Below are positions 39,271 through 48,436 of a stretch of 64,000 nt of DNA, piece by piece. The notes beneath the pieces are model-generated. The model was not told where the DNA came from. It ran no database searches and saw only the letters and a list, made by a program, of their open reading frames with translations. Numbering within the stretch: the first letter of the stretch is position 1; each line of letters opens with the position of its first letter. The DNA is taken from the NCBI GenBank assembly GCA_963845535.1, contig CAWJSK010000011.1, positions 1-64,000 on the forward strand, given 5' to 3'. The translations under genes were made by a program, and so were the position numbers. This DNA comes from an uncultured Spirochaetota bacterium. Lineage in GTDB: Bacteria; Spirochaetota; Spirochaetia; SZUA-6; Fen-1364.

Positions 39271-40164
39271 CTACTCCAAGCCGCCAAGCTTGTCCATGAT
39301 ATCGAGGGTCTGAAGGTCTTTCGGCGTCAGCTTCTGGCTCGTGGTCAGGAAGAGGAACTTGATAAGCGCGGGGTATTTTGCAAGCAGCTCGCCGTACTTT
39401 GTCAGGACGGCAATGGTGGCTTCCTGTCTCTGCGTCGCTCTGCTTTGAAGAGCGTCATCCGCGGCTTGCCGCGGAGCAAGCCGGGAAAGGGCCTTCTCCC
39501 GTTCATCCAGGATGTTCATGTACGCTGCCCTGAGCTTCCCGTACAGCTCGGTATCCGGCATCTTGAGGATGATGGGGGAGATCGAAATGAACTCCAGTCG
39601 GGGAAAGCTTTCCGTGAGCCCGCGCACAACGGCGGCGCTGAACGCGCCGGCGTCCGTGGCAGGGCTGGCAGGAGCGTCTGCCGCCGGAGGGCTGCCAGCC
39701 ATCCCGAGTGCAAGCTCGGAAACACGTCCCTGGATTTCCGAGCTCATCTGGTCGTACCAGTCCCCGATATTCTCCTGCCGCAGGCCTTCGCTGGCCACCA
39801 GCTCCGGAAGCGCCTCAGGGCGGATCCTGTACAGGACGGAAAGCTTGATGTCCACGGAGAAGTCCGGCCGTTCAGCCATGAGGGCGGAGTAGGCTTCCGC
39901 GGAGGGAAGCAAGGAACGGATCTCTGCGTCCATTTTCTCCACGCCAAGGTTGACGCGGTAGAGCGTCATTGCGCGCGGCACCAGGCGTTCCCAGCGCCAT
40001 GTGAACCCGGACGGGCTGATGACGGATTTGTCGAACCCTTTGGCGGTGGTGAACGCCACGGCCCACGTGTCGGGAGCAAGGGAAAGTTGAACCCACCCGG
40101 CGAAGAAGCCGACGAGCACCAGCACGAGGAGCACGGCCGACGGAATGTACCAGTGATTCCGCAT
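39271..40164 (-). CDS. membrane-anchored hypothetical protein (possibly SPFH-like)
   Basis: N-terminal TM; GFTWRWERLVP; C-terminal YGELLAKYP. Confidence 0.6.
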   Translation of the reverse strand: MRNHWYIPSAVLLVLVLVGFFAGWVQLSLAPDTWAVAFTTAKGFDKSVISPSGFTWRWERLVPRAMTLYRVNLGVEKMDAEIRSLLPSAEAYSALMAERPDFSVDIKLSVLYRIRPEALPELVASEGLRQENIGDWYDQMSSEIQGRVSELALGMAGSPPAADAPASPATDAGAFSAAVVRGLTESFPRLEFISISPIILKMPDTELYGKLRAAYMNILDEREKALSRLAPRQAADDALQSRATQRQEATIAVLTKYGELLAKYPALIKFLFLTTSQKLTPKDLQTLDIMDKLGGLE

Positions 40165-40257
40165 GTATCTTTCCCTGTCCGTGCCGCCAATTCGTGGCGC
40201 GGACCGCAACGCACCACGCTGGCGCTGCCGCTGATGGTGAACTATATTGTAACTCGG

Positions 40258-40593
40258 ATGAAAGAATATCCCTTTCTCACACGGCTGTCCAGTTTTACGG
40301 GGAAGGCGGTCGTGTTTTTCTTTTTTCTTTCCGTGCTTCTTTTCTTTTTTTACATCCTGGGCAATTACCAGGACTTCCTCGATTCCACGCAGCTGTTCCT
40401 GCTGTCCCTCTTGAGGTTTGCTCTTTCCCTGGAGCTTGCCTGCAGCGCGTATCTCGCAATCTTCCTTATCCGCCAGAGCGTGCATGAGCGGCGCGCCTTC
40501 GTTCTTCGATGGGTGCTGCTCTTCTTCTCGATGACCGGCTCCGCCGGCCTTCTCCTGGCCTTGCAGTACGTGCGCGCGTGGCTGCATTCCTGA
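40258..40593 (+). CDS. hypothetical membrane protein
   Basis: three TMs; GNYQDFLDSTQ. Confidence 0.6.
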   Translation: MKEYPFLTRLSSFTGKAVVFFFFLSVLLFFFYILGNYQDFLDSTQLFLLSLLRFALSLELACSAYLAIFLIRQSVHERRAFVLRWVLLFFSMTGSAGLLLALQYVRAWLHS

Positions 40594-40613
40594 AAAATCG
40601 CTATACTCCGAGC

Positions 40614-41796
40614 ATGTCCGTCTTCGCCATCGAATCTCCCGCCTCCATTCACTTCGGAGCGGGTTCCCGTCAGAAGCTTCGCGACGTCATAGCGGTTGCT
40701 GCACCGGAAGCACGGCGTATCCTTGTGCTGAGCGGCGCGCGATGGCTCAGTTCCTCCGGCTGGATGAAGGAAATCAGCCAGCTGCTCTCCGGAGTCGATC
40801 TTGAGCCGCTGGCGTGCGCGGAAGGGGAGCCCTCCACGGAATCCATGAGCCTCGGCCCTTGAAAGCGCGCGCGCGTTTTCCCCTTCTTTGATCCTGGCCA
40901 TTGGCGGGGGCTCTGTTCTGGACACTGCCAAGGCGCTTTCCGCTCTCCTGCGCCATGGAGGGCCTGTTACACGGTTCCTTGAAGGCGTGCCGGGATCAAT
41001 TCCCGTCCCTGGACCGGGCGTCCCGTGGATTGCTTTGCCCACGACGGCCGGAACTGGATCCGAGGTGACCAAAAACGCAGTCATTCGTGTAACCAGCCTC
41101 GGCGTAAAAAGGAGCATGCGCTCGGCGCACATGCTAGCCCGCGCCGTCGTGGTGGACCCGGAGTTGACCCTCTCCCTGTCCGCGAGGGTGACAGGGATAT
41201 CCGGCCTTGATGCGCTGACCCAACTGGTGGAAGCCTATGTGACGCCAAAATCCAACCCGTTCGTGCGTTCCCTGATCGAAGGGGCATTCGGCCCCATGCT
41301 TGCCTCCCTGGAACGCCTTGCCGCGGAACCGCGCAACCTTGATATGCGCTCCGCGGCGAGTTACGGAGCGCTCATCTCGGGGATTGCGCTTGCAAACGCC
41401 GGGCTTGGCGCGGCGCACGGGTTTGCCGCGGCGCTGGGAGGCATGTTCAACGTGCCCCACGGCCTTGCCTGCGCCGTTTCCCTTCCGCACGTCCTGGAGG
41501 CCAACGCAGCGGTGATCGGCGAGTCGATGACCCGGCTTGCCATGTCGACACGCACGGGATCCCACGCGAATGGGGACCCGGTGGGATGGCTCGCAGGCAA
41601 AGTGAGTGACCTGCTGCAGCAGTTCGGGCTGCCGCTCGACTTGCGGGAATACCGGATTCCTGCCGAAAGGATCAGTGAGATAGCACAGATGTCATCGGGA
41701 TCCAGCATGAACGGCAATCCGCGTCAGCTCAGCATGGAGGAACGGGAAGAAATCCTCTCGAAAATTGTCCGTGGCCAGAAGAGGTCCGCGCCGTGA
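40614..41796 (+). pseudogene. iron-containing alcohol dehydrogenase, one frameshift near 40855
   Basis: IHFGAG..GEPS in first frame; GGGSVLD, PTTAGTGSEVT, GLGAAHG, HGLAC in second. Confidence 0.85.
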
Positions 41797-42161
41797 CAAA
41801 GGCTGCCCGAGGAGCAATCCAGGTCGTACAGAACGAGCGGCAATCCATCTACTCGGCCGCCCGGCGTCTCGTGGCCGAAATGTTGAGCGTGAACATGATC
41901 CGCCGGGAGGACATCGTCAGCATCATGTTTTCGCTGACGATTGATCTTGATGCTGGGAACCCTGCCACGGGACTGCGTGAGAAAGAGTTCCAGGAGACGC
42001 CCCTCTTTTGCGTGCAGGAGGCGAGAGTCGAAGGCGGGGTGCCCCGGATCATTCGCGCGCTTATCACGTTCGAGAGCCTGCCCGCGCGGAAGGTCAAAGC
42101 TGTCTACCTGGATGGCGCTGAGGCGCTTCGACCCGACCTTGCAACGGGGAGACCCTCGTGA
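41793..42161 (+). CDS. aroH: chorismate mutase, AroH class
   Basis: RGAIQV, DIVSIMFSLT.DL..NPA, CVQE, YLDGAEALRPDL. Confidence 0.9.
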   Translation: MTKAARGAIQVVQNERQSIYSAARRLVAEMLSVNMIRREDIVSIMFSLTIDLDAGNPATGLREKEFQETPLFCVQEARVEGGVPRIIRALITFESLPARKVKAVYLDGAEALRPDLATGRPS

Positions 42162-43708
42162 GCGCTCCTCGGAGCGTGTGGCACGTCACGCGGGAGTACG
42201 CCGGGCTGGCCGAGGCGGGCGGCGTCAAGGACGTTGTCCGCGGGCTCGCTGACGCCCTGGTGCGCAAAGGCGTGCCGACGACTGTCGTCCTGCCACGGTA
42301 CGGCTTTCTGAGCCGTGACGTGGACCGCGGGAGGCCGGTTGTTTCTTTTACCGTGTCTCTCCCGGATCAGGACAGGGAGAACCAGCTTTTCGACGAGCGC
42401 GTCCAGGTCTTTGAATCGCAGATGGAAGGGGTGAGGCTCCTGTTCGTCGAGTCGCCGCGGTATTCCGCGCTACGCGACGTGTACACCTATACCGCTCAGG
42501 ACGAAGCCGAGAACACATGGCGCAAGAAAGGGACAGGGCACTGGGACTCCCATCAACTGAACATGGTGTTGCAGCGGGCCGCGTTGGAATCCGCCGCGCT
42601 CCTCGGCGCGGCCGGGGTCCTTTTCCATTGTCATGACGGACAGACCGCATTCCTGCCGGCCTTGATGAGAGAGTTGCCATCCTACGCGCAGAGGTTCAGG
42701 CAAACGGCTTCCGTGGTGACCATCCACAACGCGGGAAAGGGCTACCACCAGGAGGTTTGGTCTTCAGAGTTCGCCGCGCTCCTGACCGGACTACCCGGGA
42801 CCGTGCTCCAAAAAGGAATGCTCGGCGGCACGATAGATCCGCTCCTGCTGGCGGGCTCCTATTCCTTATTGTGCACGGTTTCGGAGAATTACGCCGCGGA
42901 GCTCCTTGCTGAGAAGGCGGAAGAAAGAAGCGGCGGCCTGGGGAGAATATGCCGGGAGCGCGGCATTGCGCTCCGCGGCATCACCAACGGAATTGATCCG
43001 ATGCCATGGGACCCGCGCTCGGTCGAACACTCCGGTCTTCCGTTTGCCTTTGATCCATCGACAGGCGATCTCGAGGGGAAGAGAAAATGCCGTCATGCCC
43101 TGGAGACGAAGCTTGGTTTCTCCTCGGCCCCCGGAGCGGAGAAAGCTCCGCTCTACGCTTTCGTCGGCCGTCTCACGGAACAGAAAGGCGTCGATATCCT
43201 CTTCAGGTCGCTGAAAGAAATCCTTTCCCGGGATTCAGACCTGCGCTTTGTGGTGCTCGGATCCGGAGAAAAGCAGCGGGAGGACATGTTCTCCGAGCTG
43301 GCGGCCCGTTCCGACGGGAGGGGCAGACTTTGCTTCATTCCGCGTTATGATCCGGCGCTTGCCAAGCTCATCTATGCGGGGAGCGATTTCTTTCTCATTC
43401 CGTCAGAGTACGAGCCATGCGGGCTTACGGATTTCATCTCCCAGCTGCTCGGGAGCATCCCGATCGTCCACAGGGTGGGCGGCCTTGTGAAGGTGCAGAA
43501 CGGGGAGACGGGATTCTCCTATGACGAGCAATCACCGGCAGCCCTCGTTGCAGTCCTGAACAGGACGGCCAGAATGTTTCTCGAGGATCCAGCGTCGCTG
43601 GACGCCATACGGCGAAGATCCTTCTCCGAGATTTTTACTCAGCACACATGGGACAGGGTCCTGGAGGACGGATACCTCCCGTTCTATGACAGGGCTTTCA
43701 AAGGATGA
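42158..43708 (+). CDS. glgA: glycogen/starch synthase (GT5)
   Basis: EAGGVKDV, HCHDGQT, TIHN, GITNGID, GRLTEQKG, PSEYEPCGL. Confidence 0.85.
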   Translation: MSAPRSVWHVTREYAGLAEAGGVKDVVRGLADALVRKGVPTTVVLPRYGFLSRDVDRGRPVVSFTVSLPDQDRENQLFDERVQVFESQMEGVRLLFVESPRYSALRDVYTYTAQDEAENTWRKKGTGHWDSHQLNMVLQRAALESAALLGAAGVLFHCHDGQTAFLPALMRELPSYAQRFRQTASVVTIHNAGKGYHQEVWSSEFAALLTGLPGTVLQKGMLGGTIDPLLLAGSYSLLCTVSENYAAELLAEKAEERSGGLGRICRERGIALRGITNGIDPMPWDPRSVEHSGLPFAFDPSTGDLEGKRKCRHALETKLGFSSAPGAEKAPLYAFVGRLTEQKGVDILFRSLKEILSRDSDLRFVVLGSGEKQREDMFSELAARSDGRGRLCFIPRYDPALAKLIYAGSDFFLIPSEYEPCGLTDFISQLLGSIPIVHRVGGLVKVQNGETGFSYDEQSPAALVAVLNRTARMFLEDPASLDAIRRRSFSEIFTQHTWDRVLEDGYLPFYDRAFKG

Positions 43709-44511
43709 AAGTGGACCCTGGCGTAAGCCTCAAGACGTCGATCGATGTGGCGCGAATCCGCCGCGCGTGCCGTGTGGCCGAGGATTGCCTTCGATTTCTG
43801 GCCACGCACGTCCGGCCCGGAGTGACCACGGTGGAGCTGGATCGCTTTGCGGGATCATATCTGGACAAACACAATGCGGCCCCCGCCCTCCGCGGCTACC
43901 GCGGCTTCCCCGGCTGCATCTGCACTTCCGTGAACAACGTGGCCGCGCACGGGATTCCCACCAACAGGGCCCTCGAGGACGGGGACCTCCTCTCGCTGGA
44001 CATTACGGTGAGCATTGACGGTTGGTTCGGAGATGCGGCGTGGAGCTTCATTGTCGGGAAAGGGAGCCCCGACAGCAGGCGGGTTTTGCGCGCCGCCTGG
44101 AGGGCCACACTGTCAGGAGTCAAGGCTGCCCGTGCTGGCAACCGCATTGGCGATATCGGGGCGGCCATCCAGAAAATCGCCAAGACCTTCGGTTGCTCGG
44201 TCATCGAGGATTACGTGGGCCATGGGATCGGCCGCGCGATGCATGAAGAACCGATGGTCCTCAACTTCGGCACGGCCGACACGGGGATGAGGATCGTCCC
44301 CGGAATGGTCTTCACTGTCGAGCCGATGCTGAACCTCGGGGGCCGCGAGGTCCACGTCACGGAAGACGGCTGGACGCTCGTCACGACTGACGGCAGCCTG
44401 TCCGCGCAGTTCGAGCACACCGTCGCGGTGTTCCGCGATTACACGGAAGTGCTCACGTACTCGCGCGGCGATATCTTCGAGGCGATGGACTTTCCCCCCG
44501 CCATCGCGTAG
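43705..44511 (+). CDS. map: methionine aminopeptidase type I
   Basis: CTSVNNVAAHGIP, GHGIG..MHEEP, TVEPM, SAQFEHT. Confidence 0.95.
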   Translation: MKVDPGVSLKTSIDVARIRRACRVAEDCLRFLATHVRPGVTTVELDRFAGSYLDKHNAAPALRGYRGFPGCICTSVNNVAAHGIPTNRALEDGDLLSLDITVSIDGWFGDAAWSFIVGKGSPDSRRVLRAAWRATLSGVKAARAGNRIGDIGAAIQKIAKTFGCSVIEDYVGHGIGRAMHEEPMVLNFGTADTGMRIVPGMVFTVEPMLNLGGREVHVTEDGWTLVTTDGSLSAQFEHTVAVFRDYTEVLTYSRGDIFEAMDFPPAIA

Positions 44512-44684
44512 TCAATACTCCGGCCATCCGCTTACCCCCCCATTGCTCTTGAACGTCGCGGATGAGGCCGGAGACCTGCTCTTCGGTGAGTTAACTTATA
44601 AACTAATAAATTAATGACTAACTATATGTGAGGTACTTGTAAACTGACGAGAAAATGTGCTACACTGTGCACAGGGCAGCTTTT

Positions 44685-44912
44685 ATGGATGGAGAGAAAA
44701 AATCGGACGTATTCCGCCTTCCTGCGGAGGCTGCAGCCAGGGTCAAGAGGATCGCTTTTCAGGCCTCCCTCGATCAGGGCCGCCGCGTGCCATTTGCGGA
44801 AATCATTATCAAGGGGCTGGATCTCCTGGAGGCGCAGCTCGGCACGGGGAAGCCACGGGGGAGGAAAAGGGGAAGTGGTAATCGCAGCACGGGCCGTGAT
44901 AGAATCATCTAA
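44685..44912 (+). CDS. small putative DNA-binding protein (RHH/CopG-like)
   Basis: VFRLPAEAAARVKRIA...FAEIIIKGLDLL beta-alpha-alpha pattern. Confidence 0.45.
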   Translation: MDGEKKSDVFRLPAEAAARVKRIAFQASLDQGRRVPFAEIIIKGLDLLEAQLGTGKPRGRKRGSGNRSTGRDRII

Positions 44913-44927
44913 AAGGAAAATGCCGAA

Positions 44928-45620
44928 ATGAGTGGAAAGCTTCTCTATTTCGACAAGGGGATTTATTCCATACCTGATGCAGCGCGGCTGATTGGCATTA
45001 ATACACGGAGTATCTCTCGATGGGCGAGAGGATACCACTATCCGCGAAGTGGAACTGTTCGAAAGAGTCCTCCCGTTTTCAGGGCGGACATCGAGCCTTA
45101 TGAAGGTAGATATGCACTTAGCTTTCTAGACCTCATGGAGCTGCGCTGGGTTAAGGCGTTTCGCGAACATGGACTCAGTTTTTACAAGATCAGAATCGCT
45201 GCGACTCGGGCGGCGGCAATCTTGAAAACTCATCACCCGTTTGCTTCACAACGGCTATTCGATGACAGAAAAACAATCTTCTTTCGAATTGCGCAGGAGG
45301 AAAACGATTCTGATCTCCTCGACGTTGTAAAGGGACAATATGGAATCGACCGAGTCATTTCTCCGCTCTTTCTTCATGACGTAGAGTTTGAAAATGATTT
45401 CCCAACGAGATGGTATCCGGCAGGCAGAGATCAGGGAGTAGTGATAGATCCAGGATTTTCCTTCGGACAACCGATAGTAGCGAAGTGCAATATTCGGACA
45501 TCAGTCCTCTATGCATCTTTCAAGGCAGAAGGTTCGATTGAGAAAGCCGCAAAGTGGTACGAAGTCGCTCCGTCAGCAGTGAGGCAAGCGGTTGACTTCG
45601 AAACACGTTTCGCTTCATGA
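44928..45620 (+). CDS. DUF433-containing antitoxin (VapB45-like)
   Basis: YSIPDAARLIG HTH, LSFLDLMEL, HPFA, IDPGFSFGQPIV. Confidence 0.8.
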   Translation: MSGKLLYFDKGIYSIPDAARLIGINTRSISRWARGYHYPRSGTVRKSPPVFRADIEPYEGRYALSFLDLMELRWVKAFREHGLSFYKIRIAATRAAAILKTHHPFASQRLFDDRKTIFFRIAQEENDSDLLDVVKGQYGIDRVISPLFLHDVEFENDFPTRWYPAGRDQGVVIDPGFSFGQPIVAKCNIRTSVLYASFKAEGSIEKAAKWYEVAPSAVRQAVDFETRFAS

Positions 45621-46019
45621 AGTTCTATTTCGATAACAACTTGTCACCGCATCTTGCGCGCGCCATGAGTGGAAGGAGACGAAATTGTCCATGCGAGGGA
45701 AAGAGGCATGGACCGGCTGAAGGATCCTGAATATATCGACATACTTTCAAGAGAGGGCGGCTGGATCATAGTCACAACTGACGTGGCCATGAGTCGGAGT
45801 CCTCACCTAGTTCAAGCACTTGCGTCTTCCGGGCTCATTTCGGTAAGTCTAAGGCATGGCTGGCTCGAATTGGGCGGCCGTGAAATGGCGTCGCGGCTCC
45901 TGAAGCGGTGGTCAGAAATTCGAGAGACGGTGTCGAGAGCTCGTCCATCCACGGTTGTATTTGTTCCGATTCGAGGGAAAATCCAGCTTATCAACCTGCC
46001 TTCTAAAGGAAGGCGTTAA
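45617..46019 (+). pseudogene. PIN-domain toxin (VapC45-like), frameshifted near 45668
   Basis: ATGA overlap; MKFYFDNNLSPHLARAM then shift to EIVHAR..DPEYI..GWIIVTTD. Confidence 0.75.
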
Positions 46020-46050
46020 TGTCACCGGGCCGCGCACTCTTGATAATACC

Positions 46051-46079
46051 TTGACACCAGACAGCCCACAAGATAGGTT
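46051..46079 (+). promoter_or_regulatory. sigma70-like promoter upstream of tRNA-Thr
   Basis: TTGACA-17-TAGGTT. Confidence 0.5.
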
Positions 46080-46160
46080 TTCTCCGCATGCTGTAACGAG
46101 TTATTAGACTGACGATAACTAAGCAGTATTAAATAATTCTATACAGCATAAAGAATTGTC

Positions 46161-46233
46161 GCCACCTTAGCTCAACTGGCAGAGCACGTGATTTGTAATC
46201 TCGAGGTTCTCGGTTCAAGTCCGAGAGGTGGCT
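46161..46233 (+). tRNA. tRNA-Thr(TGT)
   Basis: GCCACCT acceptor, TAGCTCAACTGGCAGAGC D-arm, TT-TGT-AA loop, GGTTCAAGTCC T-arm. Confidence 0.92.
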
Positions 46234-46252
46234 TCTTACCCGAAGTGGTAAA

Positions 46253-46804
46253 ATGAAAGACATGGACGGGTCGATGGGCATAGATGACATGAGGCCGGTC
46301 TTTGAGCTCCTGAACGCGATGGTGAACGATGGTCTGTTCGTGAACTACGCGCTCGGGGGGGCGGTGGCTGCCTCGTCCTATATTGAGCCAGCAAGTACCC
46401 AAGACATCGACATTTTCGTTGTTCTCCAGCCCTACCCGGGATCGTCCCTGCTCACTGTCGAGCCGATCAACGAATACCTGAGGTCCAAGGGCGCGGTCTC
46501 GGACGGCGAACATATGGTCTACTCTGGTTGGCCACTACATTTTCTGCCGCCCAAGAACGCGCTTTACCAAGAGGCGCTTGCCCGCGCGAAAAGGTTTGAC
46601 TACAATGGTGTTGAAGCGAGGGTGTTTAGCATGGAGCACTTGGCTGCTATTGCCCTTGAAACGGGACGGAGGAAGGACAAAAACCGTTTGGCGGATTTCG
46701 TCGAGTCTTCCCAGATGGACATGGGCACGTTTGAGGACATTGTCCAACGACACAGTCTCAAAGGCAAATACGAGGAATGGAAAAAATGGCTGGAAGCAAC
46801 TTGA
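46253..46804 (+). CDS. nucleotidyltransferase-superfamily protein
   Basis: YALGGAVAASSYIEPASTQDIDIFV (GG..A...T.D.D) and C-terminal GRRKD. Confidence 0.7.
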   Translation: MKDMDGSMGIDDMRPVFELLNAMVNDGLFVNYALGGAVAASSYIEPASTQDIDIFVVLQPYPGSSLLTVEPINEYLRSKGAVSDGEHMVYSGWPLHFLPPKNALYQEALARAKRFDYNGVEARVFSMEHLAAIALETGRRKDKNRLADFVESSQMDMGTFEDIVQRHSLKGKYEEWKKWLEAT

Positions 46805-46944
46805 AATTCGACTTCGACGCCGCGTTGGAGCGGAAAGCTGCCCAGCGCCGAAGCTACGTCAATCTCACCTTCGCCGAGAGAATGCGCCTTGTAAGCAAGT
46901 TGCGCAGAAGGTCACGCAGCCTCGCCAACCACAAGCCCAAATAA
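46801..46944 (+). CDS. small basic partner protein (47 aa)
   Basis: TTGA overlap with NTase stop; (M)KFDFDAALERKAAQRRSYVNLTFAERMRLVSKLR. Confidence 0.45.
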   Translation: MKFDFDAALERKAAQRRSYVNLTFAERMRLVSKLRRRSRSLANHKPK

Positions 46945-47137
46945 AAACTCCCCTTCAATCAATGCCGTTCCGTTTTATGTTCTAGTGGTTCTCGGTTCAA
47001 GTCCGAGAGGTGGCTTCGTCAGAGAATCTGCCACCCCGCTGACGCAGCAGTTTCTTTCTTGTAGCGTGGACGTTACTCATGCGACATGGCGTGTTACTTC
47101 CCTTTCCTAAACTCCTTGTGGGAAGGAAAGGGACGAT

Positions 47138-47317
47138 ATGAATCTTGCGGGCGGATTTACATCGGTCGAGCTGAAGGACAGGATAAGGCTTCTGCGACTC
47201 ATGCTGGAGACAACGGAGGACTCCGCCAAGAAAGAGGAGTATTTGCAGAAAATCAAGGGGTATCAGCGCCTCGTACGTTCCATTTCTCGGAACGAGTCGA
47301 CCCCCGCCAGCACGTAG
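47138..47317 (+). CDS. small hypothetical protein (59 aa)
   Basis: MNLAGGFTSVELKDRIRLLRLMLE...; purine-rich SD GGAAGGAAAGGGA. Confidence 0.45.
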   Translation: MNLAGGFTSVELKDRIRLLRLMLETTEDSAKKEEYLQKIKGYQRLVRSISRNESTPAST

Positions 47318-47576
47318 ATCGAAGATTCCAGCGGCAAGGCCGCTTGAGCCCGAAAGACGAGCCCATCCACAATCCGTCCTTTCCGTCAGCGCTCCCGGCG
47401 CCAGCCACAGACGCTTGTGAGCTACTTGACAGACGCCGACGATTTCCCATATGACCTTGATTCGAGCACTTTCATCGGCTTTGCTCGGCTTTCGCAAACG
47501 CGAGTAAGCGTTGGAGAGCTTGGCCCTCCGCCTTTTGGCGGAAGGCCTCCGCAAATGCACTTCGTGCATTTGCTAC

Positions 47577-47658
47577 GGGGAGATTCCCGAGTGGTCAAAG
47601 GGGGCAGACTGTAAATCTGTTGGCTACGCCTTCGAAGGTTCGAATCCTTCTCTCCCCA
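47577..47658 (+). tRNA. tRNA-Tyr(GTA)
   Basis: GGGGAGA acceptor, CT-GTA-AA loop, long variable arm, GGTTCGAATCC. Confidence 0.95.
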
Positions 47659-47660
47659 CG

Positions 47661-47695
47661 AGCCTTCTTCCAAGAAATGGGAAGAAGGCTTTTTT
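47661..47695 (+). terminator. intrinsic terminator after tRNA-Tyr
   Basis: AGCCTTCTTCC-loop-GGAAGAAGGCT followed by T-run. Confidence 0.8.
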
Positions 47696-47730
47696 GTTCC
47701 GCGAGCGGTCAAAGAGAACCGGTACAGCAT

Positions 47731-48177
47731 ATGCTTGACGACACTTTCTATCACGACGGCCTTCGATTTGATTGCACGCGGTGCTCGAAGTGCTGCCGCC
47801 ATACCCCTGGGTATGTTTTCCTCTCCGAGGCCGACATCGGGCCCCTTGTTGCCGCGCTCGAGACCTCCCGGCAGGACTTCCTGCTCACGTATTGCCGACG
47901 CGTGCCATTTGGTCCCGTTCAAAGGCTCAGTCTCAAAGAGAAGCCGAACGTGGATTGCGTTTTCTGGGGGGAGGGTGGGTGCACCGTGTACGAGGCGCGA
48001 CCCCTGCAGTGCCGCAGCTTTCCCTTCTGGGGCTCCTGCCTTTCCTCCCCAGAGGCGTGGGAAGACCAGGCTCGCCAGTGCCCTGGGATGGGCAAGGGCA
48101 GGGTGCATTCGCGGAACGAGATCGAGGCCTGGCTCGCCCGCAGAACGCGGGAGCCGTTCATTGCCGCAGGGAGCTGA
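47731..48177 (+). CDS. YkgJ family cysteine-cluster protein
   Basis: FDCTRCSKCC, CVFW..GCTVYEARPLQCRSFPFW, CPG. Confidence 0.88.
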   Translation: MLDDTFYHDGLRFDCTRCSKCCRHTPGYVFLSEADIGPLVAALETSRQDFLLTYCRRVPFGPVQRLSLKEKPNVDCVFWGEGGCTVYEARPLQCRSFPFWGSCLSSPEAWEDQARQCPGMGKGRVHSRNEIEAWLARRTREPFIAAGS

Positions 48178-48197
48178 GAAAGCGGGGGCTAAAGTGG

Positions 48198-48371
48198 ATG
48201 GGAGGCATTTTTCTTTCCGATAGTGAAGAAGACGAGCTGTACGTCCTCCTCAAGCCGCGCGAGGCGGGGCTTCCCGAGGCGCTGAAGGACCTCCTCCGCC
48301 GGGTGGAGCGTTCCTTGTACGCCCGGCTGACAATCGAGGAAATCGAGCGGCTGTCAGGGCGTTTTTCGTGA
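48198..48371 (+). CDS. small hypothetical protein (57 aa)
   Basis: MGGIFLSDSEEDELYVLLK...LYARLTIEEIERL; fills gap before mltG. Confidence 0.5.
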   Translation: MGGIFLSDSEEDELYVLLKPREAGLPEALKDLLRRVERSLYARLTIEEIERLSGRFS

Positions 48372-48436
48372 AATCGTTGATTTCATGCTGCGTGAGCGCT
48401 ATTTTCAGGTAGGGCCGGGGAAGGCCTGGTGGATCG

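Larger units (their letters stand above)
46205..47017. mobile_element. mini-islet flanked by 31-bp direct repeats of the tRNA-Thr 3' end (attL/attR-like)
   Basis: GGTTCTCGGTTCAAGTCCGAGAGGTGGCTTC at 46205-46235 and 46987-47017; no integrase inside. Confidence 0.75.

Noticed and set aside
46987..47017. Second tRNA-Thr gene
   Set aside because: Only the T-arm and 3' acceptor strand are present; treated as an att-like repeat
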